From the NCBI RefSeq assembly GCF_009914755.1, contig NC_060942.1: DNA of 64,000 nucleotides; one strand, given 5' to 3'. The notes under the pieces were generated by a model that ran no database searches, had not been told where the DNA came from, and saw only the letters and a list, made by a program, of their open reading frames with translations. Origin of the DNA: the human T2T-CHM13v2.0 reference genome, Homo sapiens. How positions within the stretch are numbered: position 1 is the first letter of the stretch; each line of letters begins with the position of its first letter. Of this stretch, positions 1 through 14,370 are shown in pieces. Made by a program: the position numbers and the translations under genes.

Positions 1-48
1 GGGTGATACAGTGAGACTCTGTCTCAAAAAAAAAAAAAAAAAAAAAAA
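1..48 (+). mobile_element. Alu 3' end with poly(A) tail (truncated by window edge)
   Basis: gggtgatacagtgagactctgtctc followed by an A-run. Confidence 0.9.
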
Positions 49-578
49 GTTATTTGGCTGCAAGAAAGAACATTTGGTTTACTTTGATGATAAGAGTATC
101 TCTTAATGCTGGGATGGCCTCTTCCTGGCATTTCTTCCATTGTTGATTTTTAGTTTAGTAGTCTGTGATTGCCTGAATGGAGTTGAGTGGAGAGGGATTC
201 ATCATGTTAATTCCAAACACGAGTTCCTGGCCAATGACTAAAATAAGTAATAAGGAGGGAGACACATAACACAACTGCCCAGTGTTTTTGATGCCAATAG
301 GTTAAGCCTAAGGATTTTCACCAAAATTCAGAAATAACATCTCATAATAAAATAAGCACTGTGTTCTCTGCACAAGCATAGACCGAGGGACTCAAGGTAC
401 AAGGGAGGAAAAATTGAGGAGAGGCCCAAGGCCCTGAGGTGCCCTCCCCATTCCCTGCCCTACCCGCATTACAGGCGCCCGGTGACCTTCACTGGAGGAA
501 ACATGGAAATACATTCTTAAGTGAAAATGATTACAAAATAGTATATTTTCTGGAAAATTATCTCATCTGAAAATATCT

Positions 579-1194
<616 letters not shown>

Positions 1195-1205
1195 GAAAAT
1201 ATCTA

Positions 1206-1696
<491 letters not shown>

Positions 1697-1726
1697 TTTT
1701 TGTGCATAATATTGTCTTTGTAAGGG

Positions 1727-2263
1727 TGTGGTAGAAATGGCTTTACATGCAGTGTTTATTCCAACTTCCTTCTGGTGTCCTTCTTTGTTCCTTCTGGGAA
1801 CAAAAAGTCATGTTCCCTTGACTCCCTTGCAGCTGAGTCGCTGGGTATGAATTAGCATCCACCAGTAGATGAACCTTCTTGAGAAGGAGGCCACAGTATC
1901 AGCTCTGCCTCAGTCTGCGGGGGTTCAGTGGGGGTTGGAACAGATGACCAGAACTCATCTCCATCTCTGGGCTCAGAGGGAGTTGGGGCTGGGGCGGACT
2001 CACCCCTGGATGGTGGCTGTAGCAGAAGGTTATTAAAGCTAACAGTTTGGGTGGTGGTCTTCTAATTCCCTATCTTCCTGATATCCTGGAGGTTGTAATG
2101 ATCCTGGCAAGCCTGTTCTGTATCATTGCTCAGTGTTCTGGGAATCATTCCGGGATACCTAGCCTAAACAGGCAGCCTCGCCGGCAGTTTTATAATTGCC
2201 CAAATAATCCTAGGCCTAAAATAGCTGGTTGTTTCTGTTTCCTGAGACACAACCTGAGTGACA
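1727..2263 (+). mobile_element. Old ERVL-class LTR (LTR33/LTR16-like)
   Basis: Starts tgtggtag, contains ctcccttgcagctg, ends aaatagctgg..tttctgtttcctg..cctgagtgaca, resembling LTR33-type termini. Confidence 0.5.
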
Positions 2264-3156
2264 TAAGGGCTCATGAGCTATTTGGGAATGAGCTTCTGCT
2301 GAAGGAAAACATACATTTTATGACAAGTCAGTGGAAGAATTAATATTTCAAGTTGCTTGGAATTCATCTGAATTGCAGAAGGAAGAGTAAAAATATCAGG
2401 AACAAGTGCCAAACCTAAAACACAACGAAGATCTCCAAGTATAAATGTAACAGGATCACAGATTTCCTCTCTTTTACTAAGACATTCAGGTACAATATCA
2501 CTTATACATTTCTCTAGAATGGCTCATCCTTCCCATGAGCCTTATCTCAATGGGTTTTGGGGTGGGATGGTGAGGAGCAGGGAAACCGAATTAAGTTTGC
2601 CTGTTTGTGGAATTTTGGCTCAAAGAACCCTTTTCCATGGTGTAGCGGTGCAATCTTTCAGAGTTCTCACTTTGTCCATAGTGTCTGGATGCCCAGGGCT
2701 ACACGGATAAACGTGCCGGGTGCTCTGGTCCCGTGCTGGTTTCCCATGTGAATTGGCTGGTCTGGCCTGGTCCCCAGCCTGAGATCTCTTGAAGGACCCA
2801 CTGATTCCATTTAGGACAGGGGCATCGTGATGTTACTCACTGCTGGAGTCTGTGATTCCAGTCCTTGCCTCTGGTCACAGATCCTCCTCCTCTGAGTCTT
2901 CTTCCTCTAGGCCTCTATCTTTCACCAGTCTCAGAGCACTCCCAGCCACTCTCTGGGGTGTACATCGTTGCTAGATCTTTAACCTCCTCCCTGCAGGCTG
3001 TGGGGCCTGCCCCAGGTCCACACATCCATTCTTACCCTCTACTAGGGGCCACGCTGCACGAGGACAGTGCTGTGTTGGATGTGAAGTCCACGTGGGCTCA
3101 TCCTGGCCTTCCAAGTGGAGCAGGAGGCAGATGCCCCTCTGCTTTCAGCTGCAAGT

Positions 3157-3356
<200 letters not shown>

Positions 3357-3983
3357 CTAAAATCGCATTTTTAGTAGAGTAGCACATCTGATTAGTATCT
3401 GTGCTGGCAATCAACCTGGAGAAAGGAGGCCGGGACACAGGCATCTGTCCTCTTGCCTCCACATCTACTGGGATGGCAGGAGTGATGTTTTCACTTCTGC
3501 CTCTCAGCGATGGAGTTCCTCTGTGTCCTCATCCACTCCCTTCCAAACAGCAGGGACCCTGTACAAGATAGGGTCCCAGGAAGTAAATTAACTTACCAAT
3601 GAGCAAGGGCCAAAGATGCTGCCCACTTTGTGCTAATAAAATCTGCTCATGATGGTTTCTGCAAATGATGCCTATCCTCCCCGCTTCACCTCCTTTCTCC
3701 TAACACTAAGAAAGAAGACATTGCCCAGATAAGTGCCTGACGTTTATTTTCATCCTCTGCTTTAAAATAGGGCACCATGAAAAACAGTCCTGTCAGCTGT
3801 GGAAGCCGTTGGCATTGGAGAGTGAAGACAACCTCCCGTCCTTTAAAATATCACATAAGAAAGGCCCAAAGTCTCCCAGTGAGAGAGGGAAGAGCTTTCT
3901 TTGGCAGTAACCGAGGAAACGGAGTGGAAGCATGAGCTCTTCCTGGAACAGGATTCATATCATCAAGAACTACGGATTTGCTG

Positions 3984-4282
<299 letters not shown>

Positions 4283-4431
4283 GGAACTATGGATTTGCTA
4301 AGGCTAATAGTCTCTCTACCCCTTAGTAAAATGTGTTTTGGTATAAAAATCCAGATAATTGAACCATTGCCATTAGATGTTTCGAGGTTTCTATTGACAA
4401 TGTGGAGGTCTTATCATTTAGATTTCAACAC

Positions 4432-4727
4432 TTTTATTTTTAGTTTTTAGAGACGGGGCCTTGCTCTGTTGCCCAGGCTAGAGTACGATGTAGTGATCAC
4501 GGCTCACTGCAGCCTTGAACTCACTGGCTCAAGCAAGCCTCCCACCTCAGCTTCTCAAGTAGCTGGGACAGGCGTGTGCCACTGTGCCTGGCTAGGTTTT
4601 GTATTTTTTGTAGAGATGGGGTCTTGCTATGTTGCCTAGGCTGATCTCAAACTCCTGGGCTCAAGAAATCCTCCCACCTTGGCCTCCCAAAGTACTGAGA
4701 TCACGGTGTGAGCCACCATGCCTGACC
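4432..4727 (-). mobile_element. AluJ-like element
   Basis: Reverse-strand Alu with J-type features; flanking direct repeat tttcaacactt. Confidence 0.88.
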
Positions 4728-5294
4728 ACTTTCAACACTTATATTGTTGGGGTGAAACTGAAACATATGAGGATTTGTTCAAAGTATATGTAGAGAAGGC
4801 AAAATTCCACACTGATTCTTCCTGCCTTGGACTGGATGTGTTGTGCAGAGTGAGGGTGGAAAATGAGCCAGTGGTCCTGAACTAATAAAATAAGTCTCCC
4901 TGGGGGACAGGTATTTGGCTTCCCATTCCACAGGATGGGGTAGATGTGGCTTATGGAACCAGGATTATTCACAAAGAGGTTGTTCTCCTGTATGTAAAGG
5001 CTGGAAGAGCCGTGTACTTGGATGTGTCTGCATGGGGGAAGGCACAGGCTGGGCTGGTGCGCCTGGGAGGTGGGGGAGGTGGGGAAAGAGGCTGTCTAGC
5101 AGGAGCTGAACATTTGACATTGTGGGACACTTTGCAGAGGAGGCTAACATGGTTTCGAGGAGATACTTAGGAGCTGGTCACAATGGGTGAGTCGTAAAGA
5201 GAATGTTGGAGCTGGGGGATCCTGGAGAAAGATGATAAGATGGTTGATTCACAGAACCCAGGCTGGACGGGACTTGTGGCGAGCAGTCCAGCAC

Positions 5295-5480
5295 AGCCTC
5301 ACAGTGCAGAGCATGAGCTTTGGAGCCTGCCCCCACCCTAGCTTTGTGACCTTAAGTGAGCTACATAGCTTCTCATGTGTAAACTACTCATCATAATGGT
5401 TCTGACCTCAGTGGTTTGTTGTGTTCTAGGAAATGATGCCAGTGAATGCGTAGTCCCAGCCTCAGCACAGGGGAGCCACC
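5295..5480 (+). mobile_element. MIR fragment at the TXNDC2 5' end
   Basis: agcatgagctttggagcc...gctttgtgaccttaagtgag...tgtaaa...ataatggt...acctcag match the MIR core. Confidence 0.65.
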
Positions 5481-5539
5481 TTGAAGCTCTCAAATATCAC
5501 TGTTGTGAATACAGAGAGGGAAAACCAACTGTAACGTGC

Positions 5540-5554
5540 CACCCAAATGTAAGT
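5540..5554 (+). other. TXNDC2: Splice donor of the upstream non-coding first exon of TXNDC2 (short isoform)
   Basis: AAT|gtaagt at 5548/5549; splicing to 6053 leaves ATG 6145 as first in-frame start, giving 486 aa, the length I recall for the short isoform. TSS cannot be determined from sequence. Confidence 0.6.
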
Positions 5555-5642
5555 TTTACTCATATTTTGATGTTAGGATGGATAGCTTGGAAAAAGTTGG
5601 AGGGTACGGCCTTTACTATGAGGCATCTATGAAGGATCAGGA

Positions 5643-5751
5643 ATGGATGTAGACAAGGAACTAGGAATGGAAAGTGTTAAAGCTGGAGCCTCTGGAAAAC
5701 CAGAAATGAGGCTGGGCACTCAGGAAGAAACAAGTGAAGGTGATGCTAATG
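5643..5751 (+). CDS. TXNDC2: TXNDC2 coding exon 1 of the long (553 aa) isoform
   Basis: ATG 5643 encodes MDVDKELGMESVKAGASGKPEMRLGTQEETSEGDAN+G, donor gtaagt at 5752; 109+1553 nt = 554 codons. Confidence 0.9.
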
Positions 5752-6052
5752 GTAAGTAGGGGAGGAAAGAGGGTTGCCTTAAAGACCTATGCAGTTAGGG
5801 AGCGGGCAGGGTGTTGAACCAAGAAGGGAAAGTTGTAGCTTAAGAACATGTATACAGAAGATACGTGTAACCACACGCTGTTTGTCCTTCTGCTGAATGA
5901 GTTTTTCAGATTAATACATCATTCATCAGACTTCATTCGTGATCTCGAAGAGTGACATCAGTCTTCCTTGGAATATGAAGAGAATTTCTTTGGTTCTTCT
6001 TTTGCATTTCTATTTGATTTATTTTATTTTATTTTATGTTTTTTTGGTACAG

Positions 6053-7605
6053 AAAGCTCATTACTAGTCCTGTCCAGCAACGTGCCTCTCCTGGCCCTAG
6101 AGTTCTTGGAAATAGCCCAGGCCAAAGAGAAGGCCTTTCTCCCCATGGTCAGCCACACGTTCCACATGCGCACAGAGGAGTCTGATGCCTCACAGGAGGG
6201 CGATGACCTACCCAAGTCCTCAGCAAACACCAGCCATCCCAAGCAGGATGACAGCCCCAAGTCCTCAGAAGAAACCATCCAGCCCAAGGAGGGTGACATC
6301 CCCAAGGCCCCAGAAGAAACCATCCAATCCAAGAAGGAGGACCTCCCCAAGTCCTCAGAAAAAGCCATCCAGCCCAAAGAGAGTAACATCCCCAAGTCCT
6401 CAGCAAAACCCATCCAGCCCAAGCTGGGCAATATTCCCAAGGCCTCAGTGAAGCCCAGCCAGCCCAAGGAGGGTGACATCCCCAAGGCCCCAGAAGAAAC
6501 CATCCAATCCAAGAAGGAGGACCTCCCCAAGTCCTCAGAAGAAGCCATCCAGCCCAAAGAGGGTGACATCCCCAAGTCCTCAGCAAAACCCATCCAGCCC
6601 AAGCTGGGCAATATTGCCAAGACCTCAGTGAAGCCCAGCCAGCCCAAGGAGAGTGATATCCCCAAGTCCCCAGAAGAAACCATCCAGCCCAAGGAGGGTG
6701 ACATCCCCAAGTCCTCAGCAAAGCCCATCCAGCCCAAGCTGGGCAATATTCCCAAGGCCTCAGTGAAGCCCAGCCAGCCCAAGGAGGGTGACATCTCCAA
6801 GTCCCCAGAAGAAGCCATCCAGCCCAAGGAGGGTGACCTCCCCAAGTCCCTAGAGGAAGCTATCCAGCCCAAGGAGGGTGACATCCCCAAGTCCCCAGAA
6901 GAAGCCATCCAGCCCAAGGAGGGTGACATCCCCAAGTCCCTAGAGGAAGCCATCCAGCCTAAGAAGGGTGACATCCCCAAGTCCCCAGAAGAAACCATCC
7001 AGCCCAAGAAGGATGACATCCCCAAGTCCCCAGAAGAAGCCATCCAGCCCAAGGAGGGTGACATTCCCAAGTCTCCAAAACAAGCCATCCAGCCCAAGGA
7101 GGGTGACATTCCCAAGTCCCTAGAGGAAGCCATCCCACCCAAGGAGATTGACATCCCCAAGTCCCCAGAAGAAACCATCCAGCCCAAGGAGGATGACAGC
7201 CCCAAGTCCCTAGAAGAAGCCACCCCATCCAAGGAGGGTGACATCCTAAAGCCTGAAGAAGAAACAATGGAGTTCCCGGAGGGGGACAAGGTGAAAGTGA
7301 TCCTGAGCAAGGAGGACTTTGAGGCATCACTGAAGGAGGCCGGGGAGAGGCTGGTGGCTGTGGACTTCTCGGCCACGTGGTGTGGGCCCTGCAGGACCAT
7401 CACACCATTCTTCCATGCCCTGTCTGTGAAGCATGAGGATGTGGTGTTCCTGGAGGTGGACGCTGACAACTGTGAGGAGGTGGTGAGAGAGTGCGCCATC
7501 ATGTGTGTCCCAACCTTTCAGTTTTATAAAAAAGAGGAAAAGGTGGATGAACTTTGCGGCGCCCTTAAGGAAAAACTTGAAGCAGTCATTGCAGAATTAA
7601 AGTAA
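6053..7605 (+). CDS. TXNDC2: Thioredoxin domain-containing protein 2 (Sptrx-1), main coding exon; short isoform starts at ATG 6145
   Basis: T-rich tract and AG at 6051-6052; ORF with 15-aa repeats then thioredoxin fold [13 protein letters not shown]...VPTFQFYK; TAA 7603-7605. Confidence 0.97.
6199..7278 (+). repeat. TXNDC2: Coding 45-bp (15-aa) tandem repeat, about 24 units including degenerate ends
   Basis: Unit consensus [15 protein letters not shown]; periodicity directly visible. Confidence 0.95.
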
Positions 7606-7767
7606 ACATGTATTCTGAAAACATTGCAGACAGTCAGGTGTTTATAGCTTTTGAGTTCTCTTTTATTATTTACACAAAGTGATCAGGTATAACAAAAGTG
7701 TATGTCCAAATGGCACTGCTTGTACATGATAATATTAACTCTACCCTTTTCAAAAAACAGTCCAAGC

Positions 7768-7773
7768 ATTAAA
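7768..7773 (+). terminator. TXNDC2: Probable TXNDC2 polyadenylation signal ATTAAA
   Basis: ATTAAA about 160 nt after the stop, followed by GT-rich tgtgtttctgtt. Confidence 0.65.
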
Positions 7774-8360
7774 GTACATTGCGACTGTGTTTCTGTTAGT
7801 GGGAGAGTATAAAATTAGAAATTCCCATGGTGAAGACTGCTAAGTCCCATGGTTTCCTATTTTTCAATCTTGATATGTATTTATTTTTCACTTGTCTTTG
7901 AAAATTTCACGCATTTAGTGTTTGCAGCAAGACTGAAAATTTAGATAATTTTTCTATAGAGGTAGATGACTGAAAGGTGAATGGAAACTTCTTTTCTCAT
8001 GTCACACATCTTTGGGGATTCTGATAAGATATGTTTGGAAATAAGGAATTTGAAAGATTCACATCTTAGCTAACCTCCTTCTTGTGCCGGAAGTGCTACG
8101 GAGGCCTTGGGAAATTCAGTGGGTTTTCCAAGATCTGATTTGTTGGTGACGGAAGTGAGATCAAGGCCGCTTCCAGATTTCAAGTCCAGGGCTCTACCTA
8201 CTATAATCTACGCTCACAAAATCTCAGACAAGAGATCGGAACTTCAGGTTTCTCGGAGGTTGAAGTCCTCTGGATCTTTGCTGCCTTTATGACATCAGTG
8301 CCCTGATGGCAGAGTTCCTGGTTCGTCTCCCTGGTAATTGAGTTCATAATACCTAGACCT

Positions 8361-8516
8361 TCCTCTGACTTTTTTACTTAAATTTGTTCTTATTTTCAAT
8401 ATTGAACAAGCCAGCCTTTAACATGACTCTACCAGCTTAGACATATAGGCCTAGACTTTAACGAATTAACCTAATCACAGTGCTACCAGAGTCTTGTTTG
8501 GACAACTTAGTGAGCC
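8361..8516 (+). repeat. Copy 1 of a diverged local direct duplication
   Basis: Ungapped match to 10221-10376, 133/156 identical by manual count. Confidence 0.85.
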
Positions 8517-8591
8517 CCAGATGTCTATGAGCCCAAAGTCCCAGGTCTGAACCATAGACAGAGGCTTAGTCCAGAGTGGGTTTTTAAAAAT

Positions 8592-8972
8592 GAATAAAAC
8601 CAGCTTCATTAGGTATAATTGATATACAAAGAACTGCACATATTTAATGGAGGGAGTTGGATGAGTTTGGATGTGTTGCATATGCCCTTGATTGCCATCT
8701 CCACCATCAAAGTAATTAACACCTTCATTGCCTCCAGAAGTTTCCTTGTGTCACTGTGCTTTATTGTTATTACTATCATGGTAAAAGCACTTAACAGATC
8801 TACTCTCCTAACACATTTTTAAGTGCCCAGTACTGTACTGTTAACTAGGGGCATGATGCCGCACAGCAGATCTGTGGAACTTACTCATCGGTGTGGCTGA
8901 AATTTAACACCCATCGAACAACTCCCCGTTGCCCCTTCCCCCACCCTCTGGCAGTCACCATTCTACTTTTTG
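8592..8972 (-). mobile_element. Old L1 (L1MA/MB-like) 3' end
   Basis: ggtataattgatatacaaagaactgcacatatttaatg...caccattctactt, typical reverse-strand L1M 3' UTR. Confidence 0.7.
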
Positions 8973-8975
8973 CTG

Positions 8976-9200
8976 GTCCAGAGTGTTTTTAAAAATTTGA
9001 ATTTGTTGCCAACATTTCAAATATCAGGATTTAAAAAAAAAAATCTAGATGTCTAGCTTTTCTTGAAAAATTGTAAGATCTGGCAATCCAGGCTTGCCTT
9101 ACCTCAAGAAAACCAATCTAACCTTCGGGTCTGAGCGGCAGCTGCCTCCATCTGATAGGGCGCACTCTCTCCAGTCTTCTGCTGCAGAACCTGGCTGGCT
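8976..9200. mobile_element. hAT-Charlie DNA transposon relic (MER102-like)
   Basis: tttgaatttgttgccaacattt...tcttgaaaaattgtaagatctggcaa resembles MER102. Confidence 0.55.
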
Positions 9201-9243
9201 TCTTCACTTAGCCAGCTGAGTTGCAATCCCTATCTTAAGTTCA

Positions 9244-9618
<375 letters not shown>

Positions 9619-10220
9619 TCAGTTATAGGCTTCATTTGCACCCTTAACAATGGCCTAACAACTGCAAACAAAATGAAATACCTTATATGCTTGGCCTTTT
9701 TTCCAAAAAAATTTGGAATTGCCTACAAAAGGATTAATGATAAAGCTAACGAACCAGAAAGAGGAATCAGAGCCATGAAGTGAGTAACGTGTCAACTCTG
9801 TGGGCTCGTATCATGGCTCTGTTAGAGCAGCAAATTTTGTTCTGAACTCTTGGCAAGTGAGAGAGAAGAGATAAATTCAATAATACCCAGATGTCATCAC
9901 CCAAAATAAGCAGGCTTAGGAATTTGCAAAAGAGTCAAAGCTTTTCCTTAACTAAATTCCTGAATGACATTTCTCATCTTGGACACTACATTTGAGACTT
10001 CGATGATAAACGAAGTTCTTGACAAGATTTTTCTATAATAAATTCAGGACAGTTTTTCATGTGGATATTCTTGGTAAGACTCTTCAGTAAAAGCTGAAGC
10101 CATAATGGCAAAGGGCTTTTCAACGAGAGGATTCTAGATTCAGGTGTACTGCATTTTCATAGAAATGGGCTTTTAGTGACAGTGCATATATCCACCTGTT
10201 ATTTCCCTCTGATAGAGAGA

Positions 10221-10376
10221 CCTTCTGACTTTTTCAATCAAATTTGTTCTTATTTTCCATAATGAACAAGGTTAGCTTCAACATGACTCTACCAGCCTAG
10301 ACATATAGGCCTAGACTTTAACCAGTTAACCCAAACATTGTGCTACCAGAGTCCTGTTTAGATAACTTAGTGAGCC
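10221..10376 (+). repeat. Copy 2 of a diverged local direct duplication
   Basis: Matches 8361-8516 at an offset of 1860 bp. Confidence 0.85.
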
Positions 10377-10388
10377 TCACAACACTTT

Positions 10389-10693
<305 letters not shown>

Positions 10694-11209
10694 TAGACTG
10701 TGCAATTTTAAGGACCAGGGCCCCTGAAATCTAACATCAGTGACTTATACTAACTGCTTTTTCTGGTACCATAATATTAAAGACATTTCTGTCAAAGGTC
10801 CCTTTTTATATTTAGGTTACTAAGTAATGTCATTGACAATGACCTCAAAATATCCTTAAAAATTATTGTGATAGTAGATTCTTAAGATGATTTAATAGCA
10901 TTCTTAACATAAGTCAAAGGAGGAGGCAAAGCGAAGTTCTATGAAGGCATTCTGTAGGGCCAAGAAAAAGCAACGCAAGGGTGTGGCTCTCTGATGATCT
11001 AGTTTGATCCAGGGATAAAATCTAAACTAGCAGATAATCAATTTATGCCCTCCAAATTACCCATTGTGAGAACCACTTCTTTTGACTGTTTGGATAATAG
11101 TTGAACAGCAGCCAGGTCAAAGTTATGTTCTCTGGCAGAAGGCTTGAGTATGGACATTTTCTTTTTCTGAGTAAGAAAGATGCATGCACTTAATAAAAAA
11201 TCAACCAAG

Positions 11210-11526
11210 CGGGGAGTGGTGACTCACACCTGTAATCCCAGCACTTTGGGAAGCCAAGGCGGGTGGATCACCTGAGGTCAGGAGTTTGAGAGCAGCCTGG
11301 CCAACGTGGTGAAACCCCATCTCTACTAAAAATACAAAATAATTAGCCGGGCATGGTGGCAGGTGCCTGTAATCCCAGCTATTCAAGAGGCTAAGGCAGG
11401 AGAATCGCTTGAACCCAGGAGGCGGAGGTTGCAGTGAGCCAAGATCGAGCCACTTGCACTCCAGCCTGGGCAACGAGAGCAAAACTCCATCTCAAAAAAA
11501 CAAAAAACAAAAAACAAAAACAAAAC
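11210..11526 (+). mobile_element. AluS-like element
   Basis: TSD aaaaaatcaaccaag at 11195-11209 and 11527-11541; (CAAAAAA)n tail. Confidence 0.92.
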
Positions 11527-12396
11527 AAAAAATCAACCAAGAAATTGTTTTCATCTCTAATATTTAACATGAAGGACAAATAAGAAGCAGTTCTAATGAG
11601 AAGATCCCAGATAATCATATGAGCTGTGAACAATGATAATCTAACCAGAGCCTTAAGAATCAATGGAAAATCTGTTAGAATTAACGAGAAAACTCAACAA
11701 AGTGGCAGTAATTGAAGTAATATCTAAAAATCAACAGCTTCCATGTGATTCTGTGGCAAATAATTGGGAATCTGTGAAAAAAAAGTCTTATTCACAATAG
11801 CGACAAAATAAAATGTCTAGCAATAGTCCTAATGAGAAGTAAGGATGATTAAGAGTAAAATAAAACATTCTGAGATGTATATAAGTAGGTTTGAATAAAG
11901 TGAGACAGTCCATTTTTCTCATTGGAGAAAAGACTGAAAGATGTTGATGCTTTCCACTTAATTAGTAGACCCTGTAATTCCAGCCAATATCTCAATGGGA
12001 TATTTGATAGAACTTAACAAAATATTTAAAACTTCACTGAGAATAATAGACAAGAATAGGCAGGAAAAGTCTCAAATGAGAAGTAATGACGAGATATGTG
12101 CCCTATCAGAGAGTTACATGTGTAGTTGGTACATTAATTATAAAACAATGATATTAATGAAGGAAAAAGAGAGCAATGAAACATAATAGTAAGCAAAACC
12201 ACACATTGGCATGTAAGTAGTAATATATGACAAGGAAACATTTCAATTTGATGGACAGTGAGTGGATTTTTTTCAAAAAATTGGCAAAATTTTAATATTT
12301 GAGGGGAAAAATCAATGTATATCCCAATCCCACACCAGACACTAAAATAAATATAAGCTGAATTAAATGATAAAAAACAAAATATGGAATGATTAA

Positions 12397-12739
<343 letters not shown>

Positions 12740-12759
12740 AGTTGAAGTTTTTAAAAATG

Positions 12760-13054
12760 TTTTCGAGACAGGGTCTCGCTCTGTTACCCAGACTGGAGTG
12801 CAGAGGCGTGATCACAGCTCCCTGCAGCCTTGAGTTCCTGAGCTCAGGTGATCCTCCCAACTCAGCCTCCCAGGTAGCTGGGACTACAGGCTTGCAACAC
12901 CATGCCTAGTTAATGTTTAATTTAAAAAAATTTTTTGTACAGACGGAGTCTCACTGTTGCCCAGGCTGGTCTTGAACTCCTGGCCTCATGCAGTTCTCCC
13001 ACCTTGGCCTCCCAAAGCACCGGGATTACAGGCATGAACCACCGCACCTGGCCA
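12760..13054 (-). mobile_element. AluJ-like element
   Basis: Reverse Alu dimer with J-type features. Confidence 0.88.
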
Positions 13055-13124
13055 AACATGTATGTGATTCATGGATGGAGAAAGGATTTTCTAGACACAA
13101 TTGCAATTAAAGAAGTAGATTTGA

Positions 13125-13476
<352 letters not shown>

Positions 13477-13653
13477 TGACAGGAAACAGAAAAAGGAAAT
13501 AATATTTGCCAAATGTACAACATTGGATTTAATACATGTACTATAAAAGTACTCTTACAAATCAGTAAGAAAAACAGAATATTCTCATAAAAATAGGCAA
13601 AAGACATAGTTCACATTAGAATAAAAACAAGTTTGTAATAAAAATAAAAATAA

Positions 13654-13956
13654 AGCCGGGTATGGCAACAGCTCAGGCCTGTAATCCCAGCACTTTGGGA
13701 GGCCGAGGCGGGTGGATCACTTGAGGTTAGGAGTTCGAGGCCAACATGGCGAAACCCCTTCTCTACTAAAAATACAAAACTTAGCTGGGCGTAGTGGAGG
13801 TAGTGGAGCATGGCTGTAATCCCAGCTGCTCCAGAGGCTGAGGCATGAGAATCACTTGAACCCAGGAGGCGGAGGTTTCAGTGAGCTGAGATCATGCCAC
13901 TGCACTCCAGCCTGGGTGACAGAGTGAGCTCCTGTCTCAAATATAAAAATAAAAAA
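13654..13956 (+). mobile_element. AluS-like element
   Basis: Full dimer with A-rich tail. Confidence 0.88.
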
Positions 13957-14135
13957 TGTTCACTAATAGGGAATAAATAGGAAAATGTAAACAAAAGTCA
14001 ATGAGATTTTGATAGTAGGGATGTAGGGAAACAGTTACTCATGTACTGCCACTGAGAGTTAAGACTGCTATAAGTCCTTCTGGAACATAGCGGTATGTTA
14101 CGGGGTAGAAAGATGCAGAACTTTGCAAACTAGCT

Positions 14136-14275
14136 TGTGTATTTGTCTGCTCAGGCTGCCATAGCAAAATACCACAGAAAGGATGGCTTAAACAGCAGAC
14201 ATTTACTTCTCACAGTTCCAGGGCCTAGAAGTCTGAGATCAAGGTGTTGGCCATTTTCACTTCCTGTGAGGTGTC
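14136..14275 (-). mobile_element. MaLR LTR fragment (MLT1-like)
   Basis: ctcaggctgccatagcaaaataccacag..ggcttaaacagcagacatttacttctcacagttc..aagtctgagatcaagg. Confidence 0.75.
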
Positions 14276-14370
14276 ATCAGCAGCACAAGATCAGACATAG
14301 CCAGGTCTACACAGGCTTGCGTCTTTCCACAAGTTCACTTTATTGATGCTTACTCAATTAGAAAAGTCAT

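Noticed and set aside
5953-5960. CRE-like TGACATCA as a possible CREM site for spermatid expression
   Set aside because: Single mismatched 8-mer, also present at about 8290; expected by chance
5968-6052. N-terminal extension of the 545-aa ORF in the track (MEYEENFFG...)
   Set aside because: Starts at a TTG inside the intron and reads through the polypyrimidine tract; the exon begins at 6053
6199-7278. Regular repeat array superficially like a CRISPR or satellite array
   Set aside because: No unique spacers; in-frame coding repeat in a primate gene
6024-7502. 492-aa antisense ORF (and other overlapping ORFs) across TXNDC2
   Set aside because: Explained by the stop-free 45-bp repeat and codon usage of the sense gene; no independent promoter, splice or homology evidence
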